Shown: positions 32,255 through 43,076, counted from the first letter of the stretch. The stretch is DNA of 64,000 nucleotides from Candidatus Helarchaeota archaeon (GCA_019058315.1 JAHPZH010000002.1:608001-672000), one strand, 5' to 3'. Notes: generated by a model from the sequence alone, not told the origin. Program-made: numbers and translations.

Positions 32255-33130
32255 ATGAGTGAATATGCAATTTATGTGGGATGTGTAATTGCAAATCGTT
32301 TCCCCTATATAGAAGCGGCAAGTAGAAAAGTTATGGATAAGTTAGGTATTAAAGTGGCTGATATTCCCGAATTTGGGTGTTGCCCTGATCCTACCGGATT
32401 CCAGTGCATCGATCAAAAAACATGGATGGCACTAGCTGCAAGAAATCTATGTGTTGCAGAAGAGACAAATAAGGATATTTTAACTTTTTGCAATGGATGT
32501 TTTGAGACATTAAAAACTGTAAATACTGAATTAAAGAACGATGGACACCATTTAAAAGAAGTAAACGAAATTTTATCAAAAATTGGAAAACAATTCAAAG
32601 GAACAATTAATGTTTATCATCTACTTGAAATTTTATATAATAAAATTGGAACTGAGGCAATACAGAAAGCAGTTACCAAAAAAATGGATGGACTAAAGGT
32701 GGCAACTTTCTATGGGTGCCATTATGGAAGACCAAACTATATTTTACAGTTTGATGATCCTCTTAGACCAGAATCCTTAGATAGAATAGTTGAAGCAACA
32801 GGTGCAAATAGTCTTGAATACCTGAAAAAATATCAATGCTGTGGCAGTGGAATTTCAGGTTACAGTGAAGAAGCTCAAACTGCGATGTTAGAAAGTAAAC
32901 TTAAACAAATTGACCGCGTAGGTGCTGATGTTTTAGTAGTTGTATGTCCAGCATGTTTTACTCAATTTGAAATGAATCAAGGAAAAGTAAATAAAGCATT
33001 TAATACCGATTATAAAATCCCAACCTTATACTTTACTGAATTTTTAGCATTAGCATTCGGTGAGAAACCAGACGATCTAGGACTAAAGTTTCATCGTGTA
33101 AAATTAAAAAGTTTATTAGAAAGAATTTAA
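32255..33130 (+). CDS. hdrB: Heterodisulfide reductase subunit B
   Basis: Two CCG domains: YVGC..GCCP..CNGC and FYGCH..CCG..CPAC. Confidence 0.93.
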   Translation: MSEYAIYVGCVIANRFPYIEAASRKVMDKLGIKVADIPEFGCCPDPTGFQCIDQKTWMALAARNLCVAEETNKDILTFCNGCFETLKTVNTELKNDGHHLKEVNEILSKIGKQFKGTINVYHLLEILYNKIGTEAIQKAVTKKMDGLKVATFYGCHYGRPNYILQFDDPLRPESLDRIVEATGANSLEYLKKYQCCGSGISGYSEEAQTAMLESKLKQIDRVGADVLVVVCPACFTQFEMNQGKVNKAFNTDYKIPTLYFTEFLALAFGEKPDDLGLKFHRVKLKSLLERI

Positions 33131-33138
33131 CTTTTAAA

Positions 33139-33594
33139 CTATTTTTTCTTCAATTCTTCATTAATTTTTTTTACTCTCTCTATTTCTCCTTCTTGCCACT
33201 TGATAAACTCAGGAGAACCCCCTTTAAATAATCTAGGTAATTCTTCTTCAAGTTTAGCGGGATTTATCTTTATAATCCATCCTTTCCCATAACAGTCAGA
33301 ATTTAATAATTTTACATTATCTTCCGGTTTTTCGTTGACTTCAACGATAATCCCCGAAAGTGGTGAATATAAAGTAATCCAACCTTTACCTGCTTGAAGG
33401 GAACCGAAAGGTCTGTTGAATTTAACCTCCTCATCTTCCCTTAAAATAACATCTAAAAAGGTTAATTTTTCTAACATTGCTTGGGCAAAATCTGTTATCC
33501 CAATTATAGCGGTTCCGTTTTCTATTTTTGCCCATAAATCCTTATCTGAATAATATAAATCATCCGGGAGATTATATCCTTGAACATTAACCAA
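33139..33594 (-). CDS. Glycine cleavage H-like / lipoate-binding protein
   Basis: IGITDFAQ, lipoyl-Lys site SLQAGKG, SPLSG.IVEVN, NSDCYGKGWI. Confidence 0.88.
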   Translation of the reverse strand: MVNVQGYNLPDDLYYSDKDLWAKIENGTAIIGITDFAQAMLEKLTFLDVILREDEEVKFNRPFGSLQAGKGWITLYSPLSGIIVEVNEKPEDNVKLLNSDCYGKGWIIKINPAKLEEELPRLFKGGSPEFIKWQEGEIERVKKINEELKKK

Positions 33595-33723
33595 GTTTAC
33601 ACTTCCACTTTATCAAGATTACATTTCACAATTCTTTTAAACTTAAACCAAAAATATTTATTATATTTTATCATTCTTGGAAATTATTAAAAATAAGTAA
33701 AATCTCAATCTGGAGGTTTCAAT

Positions 33724-34146
33724 TTGGTTAAAGTCGGAGATTATGATTTACCAGACGACCTATACTACCACGAGAAACATACTTGGGCAACCAAGGATGG
33801 TGATTTGATACGCGTGGGCGTAGATTCAATAGGTGTTGCTTTAGCAGGAAAAATTATTTTTGTAAGAGTTAAAAAAATTGGTAAAAACATCAACGCTGGG
33901 AAAAATTTCGGAACTGCAGAAGCAGGGAAAGGTGTAATTCCGTTAACTGCCCCTGTAACAGGAGAAATCGTTGAAGAAAATCCTAATGTGTCTGGAAGAA
34001 AGGTGAAAGAACTCAATGAAGACCCTTATGGAGAAGGTTGGCTAATAAAATTAAAGCCGACTGGAGATGTAGATGCTGAATTTAGTAAATTAATTACTGG
34101 TAACGCTATAACACCTTGGGCCGAAGAAGAAATTAAACAATTATAA
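33724..34146 (+). CDS. Glycine cleavage H-like / lipoate-binding protein
   Basis: YYHEKHTW, TAEAGKG (lipoyl Lys), APVTGEIVE.N, NEDPYGEGWL. Confidence 0.88.
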   Translation: MVKVGDYDLPDDLYYHEKHTWATKDGDLIRVGVDSIGVALAGKIIFVRVKKIGKNINAGKNFGTAEAGKGVIPLTAPVTGEIVEENPNVSGRKVKELNEDPYGEGWLIKLKPTGDVDAEFSKLITGNAITPWAEEEIKQL

Positions 34147-34229
34147 TGAGTAATAATAAATTATCAATTTTCTCTCTATTTTTTAAATCATTTATTTATA
34201 AGAACTATTTTTATCATTATGGAACATTC

Positions 34230-35540
34230 TTATTTTAAATTCCAAGTTGTTCCATTCCAATACTCTTTTTTCAAAGGATGATCTTGCGTATCAATAAATT
34301 CTATTAATTTTTTAGCAGATAAAGCATTTTCTTCTGTGGCTATTTTATCTTTAAGTTCATCTGGTATCCATTTTGCAATTCTCTCTTTTAAATTCTTATT
34401 CATCCAAACTATTCGTTTCCAACCACCGTCCCCTTGCATAAATTTTTTATCCCTAAAAGTGGTTAGTGCGATTCCTCTATATCCTGGAGATTGATTAGTT
34501 CTATTATAGATTTTATTTACAGTTGAAAAATTGATTTCAAGAGGAGTTTCTCCTTTATAATAATAATCTGCAATACCAAGTGCATCAACTTCAGGAATCT
34601 GAAATATTAGTGCTTCAAAATATCTACAACTAGTTTGGGGATCCTTAATTGCAGAATATAAATTAATTCTTTCAACAGTTTTACTGGTGAATTTAGATAT
34701 CTTTTGGTTGATACCTGAGTAGCTTCCGTAAAGATTATTCAGTATATCACCCTTAGGTATTTCAAAAAAATATTGTTTTGGGCTAAGCTTATATGAAATA
34801 TCTGCATCCTTCCAATTAATCACTCCACATGTACCATAATTATTTGGTGTGATAATACAAGCATGATTGGGACAATAATATTTACAACCCGTACAACCAT
34901 AAAACTTATCGACTTCATCATCATTTAATTCTAAAGCTTCTATATTTCTTTGTTCCCAAATATAAAAACAATCATCTTTTAATATCCTGAGAGTTTTATT
35001 TGGATTCTGTGCAGAATCAATCAAAAATTTTATTTCAATTTTTTCTATTTGAGGGAAATTGGCTTTTAATTGACCCATCAATGCACGAGCCAGGTGTTCA
35101 ATCCTTATTCCTTTTTTTGCTATGCTTTTATGGATTCTTATCCAAATTAAATTACGCATATTTAAATGCATTACTCCCTCTATAAAGTCATGAAAATGGG
35201 AAATTATTCCTTCTAATATGGCTGGTGTAATTTTATCTAAATTTAAACCTGATAACATAATTGTTTCGATAAAACTATACGAAGCTCCCTCGTCAATCTC
35301 ATCAATATCCGGACCCCAAAGTTCGATTTTTCCATCTTCTAGATTTTTATCTTCTTCATTAAATTCAATTAACTCAGCAGCTGCTTTTACTCTAGGACCC
35401 CCAAATTCCACGTACATATCTTTATTCCGAATTGTTTTTCCTGACCATTGCTCACCAATATTAAAAGGCAGACCTTCTAACAACTCTTTTGGATTAGTAG
35501 GAAGCTTTAAGGCTTTATTTAACTTCCCAAATTCGACCAT
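34230..35540 (-). CDS. Acetyl-CoA synthase beta subunit (CdhC)-like paralogue with an altered A-cluster site
   Basis: DMYVEFGGP, EGVMHLN.R..IWIRI.K, FYGCTGC..CPNHACIITP....CG.INW, KKFMQGDGGWKRIVWM, DKIATEE; TSCRYFE in place of TSCGCFE; ATG at 35540 preferred as start. Confidence 0.85.
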   Translation of the reverse strand: MVEFGKLNKALKLPTNPKELLEGLPFNIGEQWSGKTIRNKDMYVEFGGPRVKAAAELIEFNEEDKNLEDGKIELWGPDIDEIDEGASYSFIETIMLSGLNLDKITPAILEGIISHFHDFIEGVMHLNMRNLIWIRIHKSIAKKGIRIEHLARALMGQLKANFPQIEKIEIKFLIDSAQNPNKTLRILKDDCFYIWEQRNIEALELNDDEVDKFYGCTGCKYYCPNHACIITPNNYGTCGVINWKDADISYKLSPKQYFFEIPKGDILNNLYGSYSGINQKISKFTSKTVERINLYSAIKDPQTSCRYFEALIFQIPEVDALGIADYYYKGETPLEINFSTVNKIYNRTNQSPGYRGIALTTFRDKKFMQGDGGWKRIVWMNKNLKERIAKWIPDELKDKIATEENALSAKKLIEFIDTQDHPLKKEYWNGTTWNLK

Positions 35541-35731
35541 TTTATAATCACTATAATATGACTTTCTTTTCTGATTTAGCAACACATCTTAATTTTAAGA
35601 AATTTTGGATTATAACGTAATATAATAAAATTATATCAATAATAGAAAGAATTAAGGTTAGAATCAACAAGATTATAATAAAGAAATTAATGTTGGTCTA
35701 AGGAATGTGAGATTTATTATATATCTTTATT

Positions 35732-36697
35732 TTATTGTTTTAGACACCATTTCTGATCTAATTCAGCATGTCTTGCAAGGAAAATCATTCCTTTTCCATA
35801 ATAAAAGTTTGATTCTTTTAAATAATATTCCGCAGCTTTATTGAAAAATTTTCGTTTATATCTCCCTAAAAATTCATAAAGTGAAGCAACCCAATAAAAT
35901 AGATTTTTTTCTATTAATTCAGAAATTATTTTTAAAAGAGGTTCTAAATTATCTGGTTTAAATTTGTCTATATTTTTATTAATTTCATCTATATAATCAT
36001 TTATTTTTTCCTCAGTACGAAATGGATAACTATTAGCTATGGTACCTACAGCAACTGGGGGAACTTTACTTTCTTTCAAATCATTAGGGGAATTCAAATT
36101 TGTAAAACTCTTAAATTCTGGATCAAAACTTTGAACTCTCCAAGAAACAACTAAAACTAATTCGGTATAACCTCTAAAAATATCGTCAATTCGTCTTTTT
36201 CCCAATTTGCATATTAGTTTAGTGACTTCTAAGCAATGTTTAACTGATAAACATGCTGGTAATGGTTCTATTAGACCAGATGTATGTGCATATAATGTGA
36301 TTCCACTTTTGGATAAATCTTCAAAGAGTAGTTTTAATGTCTGAACTTTAATATAAGGTAAATCACAAGGTAAAACCAAACAATGATTTGTTTTTACTTG
36401 TTTCATCCCTGTTAATATTCCTAATAATGCCCCGTTACAATTATTTTTTTCATCTATATAGATTTTAGCTAATTTAATATCAAATTTTTTTAGTAATTCT
36501 AAATATATTTGTTTTCTTTCTTCATTATTGACGATAATTAATATCTCATCTGTAATTTCTTCTAAAATTTCAATTAATCGAATTAATATTGGCTTTCCTT
36601 CTATTTCTATAATGGCTTTATCAATCCAAGGTTTATCTTTTGTTTGAAATCTTTTTGCAAGTCCACCAGAGAGAATTACACCCGTAATTTTATCCAT
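35732..36697 (-). CDS. mobA: Molybdenum cofactor guanylyltransferase with a C-terminal helical extension
   Basis: ILSGG..RF..DKA, G.L.GI..G, PCDLP, EPL, SFTNLNSP.DL. Confidence 0.85.
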   Translation of the reverse strand: MDKITGVILSGGLAKRFQTKDKPWIDKAIIEIEGKPILIRLIEILEEITDEILIIVNNEERKQIYLELLKKFDIKLAKIYIDEKNNCNGALLGILTGMKQVKTNHCLVLPCDLPYIKVQTLKLLFEDLSKSGITLYAHTSGLIEPLPACLSVKHCLEVTKLICKLGKRRIDDIFRGYTELVLVVSWRVQSFDPEFKSFTNLNSPNDLKESKVPPVAVGTIANSYPFRTEEKINDYIDEINKNIDKFKPDNLEPLLKIISELIEKNLFYWVASLYEFLGRYKRKFFNKAAEYYLKESNFYYGKGMIFLARHAELDQKWCLKQ

Positions 36698-36785
36698 TTA
36701 ATTCAGATCCAGTCAATTAGAAATGTTTAATATAAGTCTATATAAATTAGTTTATTTAAATTAAATTTCAACATTTTGAGTTTTT

Positions 36786-37718
36786 TTGAAAATGAAATGT
36801 AAGATTTGTGGAGAATCAGCCAATATAAAACTGGACTATTGTGGTTTAAAACTGTGTAAGCCTCATTTTATTGAATATATTCAAAAAAGGGTTAAACGAA
36901 CTATAAAGAGATACCAAATGGTCCGAAAGGAAGATACTATTGCCGTTGCATTAAGTGGGGGAAAAGATAGTCAAGCACTTCTTCATATTTTAAAACAAAT
37001 TTATGTTGATTCTAACAAACTTATCGGAATCCATATCGATTTGGGAATTAATGATTATTCTCAAGAATCAGCTAAATTTGTAAGAATACTATGTGATGAG
37101 CTAGAAGTTCCTGTACATGTTATTAACATAAAAGAGGAATATAATTTTACGATTGATAATGCAAAAAAAAGCAAAAAAATTAGACGTCCTATATGTGGTA
37201 TTTGCGGTTTAGTTAAAAGATATGTTTTAAATGTATTTGCAAGAAAATATAAAGCTGATGTTTTAGCAACTGGTCATGTTATGGATGACGAAGTCAGTGT
37301 ATTATTATCAAACTTGGTTAACGGTAATTTTGAACAATTGATAAGAGGGGGTCCTTTTCTTCCTTCAGATGATGTTTCAATGGTTGCCCGTATTAAACCG
37401 TTATATGAGATCTCAGAGCTTGAGACCACACTTTATTCTCATTTTAATAACATTCCTTTTATTGAAATAACTTGTCCTTATGATGTTAAAGCAACAGTAT
37501 CTTCCTATAAACAAGTTACAAATAAATTAGAAGAAATGCAACCTGGGTCTAGATATCTACTATTAAGAAATTATATAAAAATCTATAAAAAGGCATTAAA
37601 GGATTATAATACTGAAATACAACAGGAATTATGCTATTGTAAAGTATGTGGAGGTCCAACTATAAGAGATATTTGTGCATTTTGCAGTTTAAGAAAAAAA
37701 ATGGAGGGTAATGAGTGA
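36786..37718 (+). CDS. ttuA: tRNA 2-thiolation enzyme, TtuA/NcsA family
   Basis: N-terminal Zn finger, SGGKDS PP-loop, CGICG, GH.MDD, CPY, C-terminal CxxC...CxxC. Confidence 0.88.
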   Translation: MKMKCKICGESANIKLDYCGLKLCKPHFIEYIQKRVKRTIKRYQMVRKEDTIAVALSGGKDSQALLHILKQIYVDSNKLIGIHIDLGINDYSQESAKFVRILCDELEVPVHVINIKEEYNFTIDNAKKSKKIRRPICGICGLVKRYVLNVFARKYKADVLATGHVMDDEVSVLLSNLVNGNFEQLIRGGPFLPSDDVSMVARIKPLYEISELETTLYSHFNNIPFIEITCPYDVKATVSSYKQVTNKLEEMQPGSRYLLLRNYIKIYKKALKDYNTEIQQELCYCKVCGGPTIRDICAFCSLRKKMEGNE

Positions 37719-38482
37719 TTAAAGAAGGAGATAATATAATTTTAATTTCTGAACGATTAAACCGTTGGTTAGTAAAAGTCCAAAGTGGAAAGGAATTTCA
37801 AACACATAAAGGGATTATCAAATTTGATGAAATTATTGGAAAAGATTATGGTTTTATATTAGAAAGTTCAATTGGAAAGAAATTCTATGTATTAGAGCCT
37901 CTAATTTATGATTACATCTTTAAATCAAAGAGATCAACACAAATAATTTATCCTAAAGATGCTGCTATTATCACATTATTTTCTGGAATTCACCCAGGAA
38001 GTAGAATTATAGAAACAGGGTTAGGTAGTGGAGCCCTTACTATTGCTCTAGCAAATATTATTAGACCTAATGGAAAAATTTATTCATATGAAATAAAGGA
38101 AGATTATATATCTGTCGCTAAAAAAAATCTAGATCGAGCAGGACTTAGCGAATTTGTCGAAATCAAACATCGTGATGCATTAAATGGATTTGATGAAACT
38201 AATGTCGATAATATCATATTAGACTTAGCAACTCCTTGGTTAATTATACCAATCGCTTATAAAGCCTTAAAAAGTAGTGGAGTGCTATTAAGTTATTCAC
38301 CTACCATCGATCAAGTTCAAAAAACAGTCAATTCCATGATTGAGAACAATTTTGTGGACATTCACACGATGGAATGTTTAATTCGGGAATGGCAGATTGC
38401 CCCTAATAAAGTTAGACCTTTTAATCGAATGGTTGGACATTCTGGTTTTATGACGTTCGGAACGAAGATACATGTCGCTTAA
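37715..38482 (+). CDS. trmI: tRNA (adenine-N1)-methyltransferase
   Basis: THKG, TQIIYPKDA, ETGLGSGALT, LDLATPW, SPTIDQV, GHSGF. Confidence 0.93.
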   Translation: MIKEGDNIILISERLNRWLVKVQSGKEFQTHKGIIKFDEIIGKDYGFILESSIGKKFYVLEPLIYDYIFKSKRSTQIIYPKDAAIITLFSGIHPGSRIIETGLGSGALTIALANIIRPNGKIYSYEIKEDYISVAKKNLDRAGLSEFVEIKHRDALNGFDETNVDNIILDLATPWLIIPIAYKALKSSGVLLSYSPTIDQVQKTVNSMIENNFVDIHTMECLIREWQIAPNKVRPFNRMVGHSGFMTFGTKIHVA

Positions 38483-38634
38483 AAATAAATAATTAGGATA
38501 AAAATAATTGTAACTAATTTAACAATTCTTAAATATTTCATTAATCATCGTCTTTTCAGTAGTTTATTTTTAATAAAAGACTAATTTAAATATAAAAAAT
38601 AGAAGAAATAAGAAAAATTCCGAGATGATTTATT

Positions 38635-40482
38635 ATGTTCGGCTATGCCGGAAAAAGAGTAAACGTTAATCTCACGGATGGAAGTATTAGAACAGAAACT
38701 TTAACGGAAGAATTTTGTGAATCATACATTGGAGGTTATGGTTTTGGTGCAAAAGTACTTTGGGATGAACTTAAGGCAGGCATCGATCCTTTATCCCCCG
38801 ATAATATTTTAATTTATGCTACGGGTCCTGCACAAGCTTCTTTACTGCCTACAGCATCTAAATATGGTGTATTTGCTAAATCCCCATTAACTAATGTTTT
38901 TGGTATGGCAATATCATCAGGAAGTGTGGGCCAACAGTTTCGAAGGGCTGGTTATGACATGATGGTAATCTATGGTAAAGCAGAAAAACCTGTGTATATC
39001 TTTGTTGATGATGATATCGTTGATTTAGTGGACGCATCCCATCTATGGGGTCAAAAAGATAGTTGGGAAACGGAAGATATAATTCGTGAAGAACAAGGCG
39101 ATTCGAGACTTGGTGTAGCTTCAATAGGTGTGGCGGGTGAAAAATTAAGTAAAATTGCGTGTATTACTAATGATCGAAACAGACAAGCGGGCAGAACAGG
39201 TATGGGCGCAGTTATGGGATCGAAAAATTTGAAAGCAGTCGCTTTTCGAGGATCTAAAGATGTGTCAGTAAAGGATAAAGAAACAGCCATGGTGAAATAT
39301 GTTGATCTATTGAAACGTGCAGTAGGTCCGGCAACCATTAAATATCGGGATTTAGGAACTCCAATAAATACAATGGTTTTTCAAAATTTGGGTGTGTTAC
39401 CAACTAGAAACTTTCAAAACGGTCAATTTGAAGATGCGGAAGCAATTAGTGGAGAAACAATGGCAGAAAAATGGGTTGTTCAAAAAGCAGCTTGTTCTAA
39501 ATGTCCAATAGCTTGCGATCATCTTTGTTTAGTAAATGATCAAGGTCCATATCAAAATTCTCTCTCTAGTGTGGATTTTGAATCTATTTTCGCGTTAGGT
39601 TCATGTACTGGAGTAGGTTATTTCCCCGCGGTTGTAAAAGCGATTGAACTTTGTGATCGCTTGGGAATGGATACTATGAGTGGCGGAGTTACCGTGGCGC
39701 ATGCGATGGAATGTTTTGAAAAGGGTTATATAACAAAAGAAGACACAGGTGGACTTGATTTACGTTTTGGAAATCATGAAGCATTAACCAAATTTGTAGA
39801 AAATATGTGCAATAGAGAAACTAAAGCTGGTGATATTTGGGCAGACGGAAGTAAAGCAGCAGCACTAAAAATTGGAAAAGATTCTCTGGATTTTGCAATG
39901 CAAAACAAAGGGCTTGAACTACCAGGTTATTCAATCCGTGGCCTAAAAACTGCTGCGTTAGGTTTTTGTGTATCTATTCGTGGCGGCTGCCATTTACGTA
40001 ATGGAGCTTATTCTCCCGACGTTAAAGGAAAGGTTGATAGACTAAAGGAAGAAGTTGGTCGCAGTAAAAAACTTATTATTCCTGTGGAAAACATGTATGC
40101 AATCATCGATTCTTTAATTATCTGTAAATTTACACGAGGCGTATATACCGGAGATGATGAAATCGCAGAATGTTACCAAATGATCACTGGAATTCCAATG
40201 GATGCTGCTAAACTAAACTTAGCAGGAGAGCGTATTGTAAATTTATCTAAATGTTTCAACCTCAGAGAAGGAGCTAGAAGAAAAGATGATTATCCTCCTG
40301 AAAGATGTTTCAAAGAAAAATTACAAACTGGGCCTACTAAAGGTGCAATAATTGATAGGAAAGGTTATGATGCTATGCTTGATGAATATTACGAATCTAG
40401 AGGTTGGACCAAGGAAGGAATACCAAAACCTGAGAAATTAAAAGAATTAGGATTAGATTATGTTAAGTTGGATGTGAGTTAA
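38635..40482 (+). CDS. aor: Tungsten-dependent aldehyde:ferredoxin oxidoreductase family enzyme
   Basis: KSPLT, IGVAGE, AGRTGMGAVMGSKNLKA, CSKCPIAC, D.LGMD, RGGCHL, YY..RGW. Confidence 0.93.
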   Translation: MFGYAGKRVNVNLTDGSIRTETLTEEFCESYIGGYGFGAKVLWDELKAGIDPLSPDNILIYATGPAQASLLPTASKYGVFAKSPLTNVFGMAISSGSVGQQFRRAGYDMMVIYGKAEKPVYIFVDDDIVDLVDASHLWGQKDSWETEDIIREEQGDSRLGVASIGVAGEKLSKIACITNDRNRQAGRTGMGAVMGSKNLKAVAFRGSKDVSVKDKETAMVKYVDLLKRAVGPATIKYRDLGTPINTMVFQNLGVLPTRNFQNGQFEDAEAISGETMAEKWVVQKAACSKCPIACDHLCLVNDQGPYQNSLSSVDFESIFALGSCTGVGYFPAVVKAIELCDRLGMDTMSGGVTVAHAMECFEKGYITKEDTGGLDLRFGNHEALTKFVENMCNRETKAGDIWADGSKAAALKIGKDSLDFAMQNKGLELPGYSIRGLKTAALGFCVSIRGGCHLRNGAYSPDVKGKVDRLKEEVGRSKKLIIPVENMYAIIDSLIICKFTRGVYTGDDEIAECYQMITGIPMDAAKLNLAGERIVNLSKCFNLREGARRKDDYPPERCFKEKLQTGPTKGAIIDRKGYDAMLDEYYESRGWTKEGIPKPEKLKELGLDYVKLDVS

Positions 40483-40986
40483 TTGTTTAAAAGAGACAGA
40501 AAAACTATTATTTGTGATCCCGAAATATGTACTGGTTGCGAAATCTGTGAATTTATTTGTTCGCTAACTAAAGAAGGGGTGTTTCAACCTTATCACTCGA
40601 ATATCCGAAGAATTAGAATTGAACCTATTGTAAATTTCGCTATTACTTGTCAATTCTGCAAAGATCCACCTTGCGTCGGAGCATGTCCCGAAAAAGCACT
40701 GACTCAAGATGAAAAAACAGGAATAATCAGGATCGATGAAAACAAATGCGATGGCTGTGGATTTTGCGTTAAGGCGTGTCCTTTCGGAGCTATCAAAATC
40801 CATCTAAAGAATGAGAAAGTGATAATCTGCGATCAATGCGTAGATGAAGACGATGGACCTCAATGTGTCAAATATTGCCCTAAAGAAGCATTAGAGCATA
40901 CTACACTGGACGCTTATGCAGACAAAGTCAGTAAGGGTGCAGTAGAAAAACTATTGAAGGCTTATACTGAAGAAAAAACTAGCTAA
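40483..40986 (+). CDS. 4x[4Fe-4S] electron-transfer subunit partnering AOR
   Basis: CTGCEICEFIC, CQFCKDPPCVGACP, CDGCGFCVKACP, CDQC..PQCVKYCP; starts directly after the aor stop. Confidence 0.9.
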   Translation: MFKRDRKTIICDPEICTGCEICEFICSLTKEGVFQPYHSNIRRIRIEPIVNFAITCQFCKDPPCVGACPEKALTQDEKTGIIRIDENKCDGCGFCVKACPFGAIKIHLKNEKVIICDQCVDEDDGPQCVKYCPKEALEHTTLDAYADKVSKGAVEKLLKAYTEEKTS

Positions 40987-41131
40987 TTTTTATTATTTAT
41001 TTTTTATTTTTTTAAGAAATTAATTTTTAAAATAATTTAATTTAAAATTCTCATCATATAGTTTACTATTAAATTTGAGAAATTAATTTAAGTATTTAAT
41101 ACAAGAATAAAGCCCTTTCTTTTTTTAGATA

Positions 41132-42901
41132 TTACAATTTTAATTTTCCGTCTAATATTTCCTGAAATATCGAGTTGTTGAATGGAATGTATTTTTTTAT
41201 TCTCGAATCCCAGAAAAATAATGGATCTTGAAGAGTTTCAAGGTTATATCCTTCCTTTTTAAAATTGAATTTTTTTATTTTTAAAGAACCAGTGAGTTCA
41301 AGTTCATCACAAATACGAATGAAAATTGGAATAGAATATCTTGGTAATGATTCATCGACATATCTAGAAAAACGATCTATTTCAAATTTAATTGTCGGAT
41401 CAAGTTTTATTGCAGCCATACCCGCCTTTCCAGACATGTTAGGAATAGCAACACCATATACACAAGACGTTACTATAGGAGGATGTGAATTTAAAATGGA
41501 TTCTACTTCTAACGTCGAAACATTTTCTCCTTTCCATCGAAACGTATCACCAGTTCTATCGTAAAAAGACAACCAACTATCCTCATGAAGTTGTACTGTA
41601 TCACCACTGTTGAAATAAACATCATTTGGTTTAAAAACATCGTGCATTAATTTCTTTCTGGTCTTTTCTTCGTCTCTATAACCCGAAAAAAGGCCACCCT
41701 TGCTTACTTTAACTAATACCATTCCCACATCCCCAGGTTTGCATTGCACGTGAAACCCTTGTTCATTTTTATAAAATTCGCTTGTTTCTGGATCGATTTT
41801 CGCTAGAATGACCCCTGGACTAATATTACGCCCAACCATTCCAGGAACTTCATCTACGTTAATAAAACCTCGATGTCCTTCAGAAGACCCGTAATATTCA
41901 ATAATATGTTCAACTTTAAAACGGGATTTAAACTGTTCCCAAATTTCTTTTTTAAGCCCCATTCCAACCATATATCTTAGTGTGCTGTGCTTTTCATACT
42001 CAGATGGTGGTTGATTAAGAAGATAACCAGGAATTACTCCAACATAATTAGTAAATGTCACCTTGTATTTCTGAATATCTTTCCAAAATTCCGAGGCAGA
42101 AAATCGTTTTTTAAGTACCGTTTTTGCCCCTGAAAGAATCGAGGCAATCCAAGTTTGTGCACCAGCTAGGGTGTGATATAAAGGAGTTACAATGTAAATA
42201 ACATCATTATGGGTCAACTGTGCTATTGTTTTACCAACATATAAAGCTTGAGTAAACATTTTTTGTTGTTTCATTATAATCGCCTTTGGAAGTCCCGTGG
42301 TACCAGAGGTGAAGATGTAATATGCAGTTTGCTGCAAATTCGAATTAAAAGTGGTTTCAGGATTAGCTGTTGATGCGGATTTAAGTTCGATTGGTAAGTC
42401 CATGAAATCGTGAGGAATATCATTATTATTATTTACCACAAAGATTTGATCATTTTTAAAAGGAAGGGATTCTACGATCTCGAGAAAAGATGGTAAACTT
42501 TCTCCATCAACGATGATTAATTTTGGATTTACCACGTTAAATGAATGGATCAAAGCTTGTCTTTTTTGATGAAAATTGATTAGTCCACTGATTCCTTGTA
42601 TTTTATTGATTCCACTGACAAGGAAGAGATATTCAGGTGAATTACTTGCCATTAATGCAATTGTTTCATCTGGGTTTAATCCTGATTTAAGAAAATAATT
42701 AGCAATTCTATTGCTTTCTTCATTAAAAGCTTGCCAAGTCCAGGAGGCATCTTGAAAATGTAAACCAATGTGTTTCGGACTTTTACTAGCTAATTCTTCA
42801 ATACAAGTGCCAATACTTCGATTTGGATTTTGGTTTAACTCATTGACATCCTTCAAAAATCGTCCATAAAATTCCATTTCTTTAGGGGTAAAACTTACCA
42901 T
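41132..42901 (-). CDS. Long-chain acyl-CoA synthetase, FATP/FadD6 type
   Basis: YIFTSGTTGLPKA, PLYH, EYYGSSEG, YFNSGD, FYDRTGDTFRWKGENVSTLEVE, GKAGMA. Confidence 0.92.
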   Translation of the reverse strand: MVSFTPKEMEFYGRFLKDVNELNQNPNRSIGTCIEELASKSPKHIGLHFQDASWTWQAFNEESNRIANYFLKSGLNPDETIALMASNSPEYLFLVSGINKIQGISGLINFHQKRQALIHSFNVVNPKLIIVDGESLPSFLEIVESLPFKNDQIFVVNNNNDIPHDFMDLPIELKSASTANPETTFNSNLQQTAYYIFTSGTTGLPKAIIMKQQKMFTQALYVGKTIAQLTHNDVIYIVTPLYHTLAGAQTWIASILSGAKTVLKKRFSASEFWKDIQKYKVTFTNYVGVIPGYLLNQPPSEYEKHSTLRYMVGMGLKKEIWEQFKSRFKVEHIIEYYGSSEGHRGFINVDEVPGMVGRNISPGVILAKIDPETSEFYKNEQGFHVQCKPGDVGMVLVKVSKGGLFSGYRDEEKTRKKLMHDVFKPNDVYFNSGDTVQLHEDSWLSFYDRTGDTFRWKGENVSTLEVESILNSHPPIVTSCVYGVAIPNMSGKAGMAAIKLDPTIKFEIDRFSRYVDESLPRYSIPIFIRICDELELTGSLKIKKFNFKKEGYNLETLQDPLFFWDSRIKKYIPFNNSIFQEILDGKLKL

Positions 42902-43076
42902 TTTATTTCAACCCATTAATAGTTTGAAATTTTTTTTTAATTAATGAGAAAACTGGCTAAATTCATTATCTATTATTAAGGTTAAATTTTTTTAGTAGAT
43001 TTTTATTAGAATATTTTAAAAATTATGGATTTTCATATTAATTACTTATCTTATATCTTTAACTCGAGGTTTAAAA

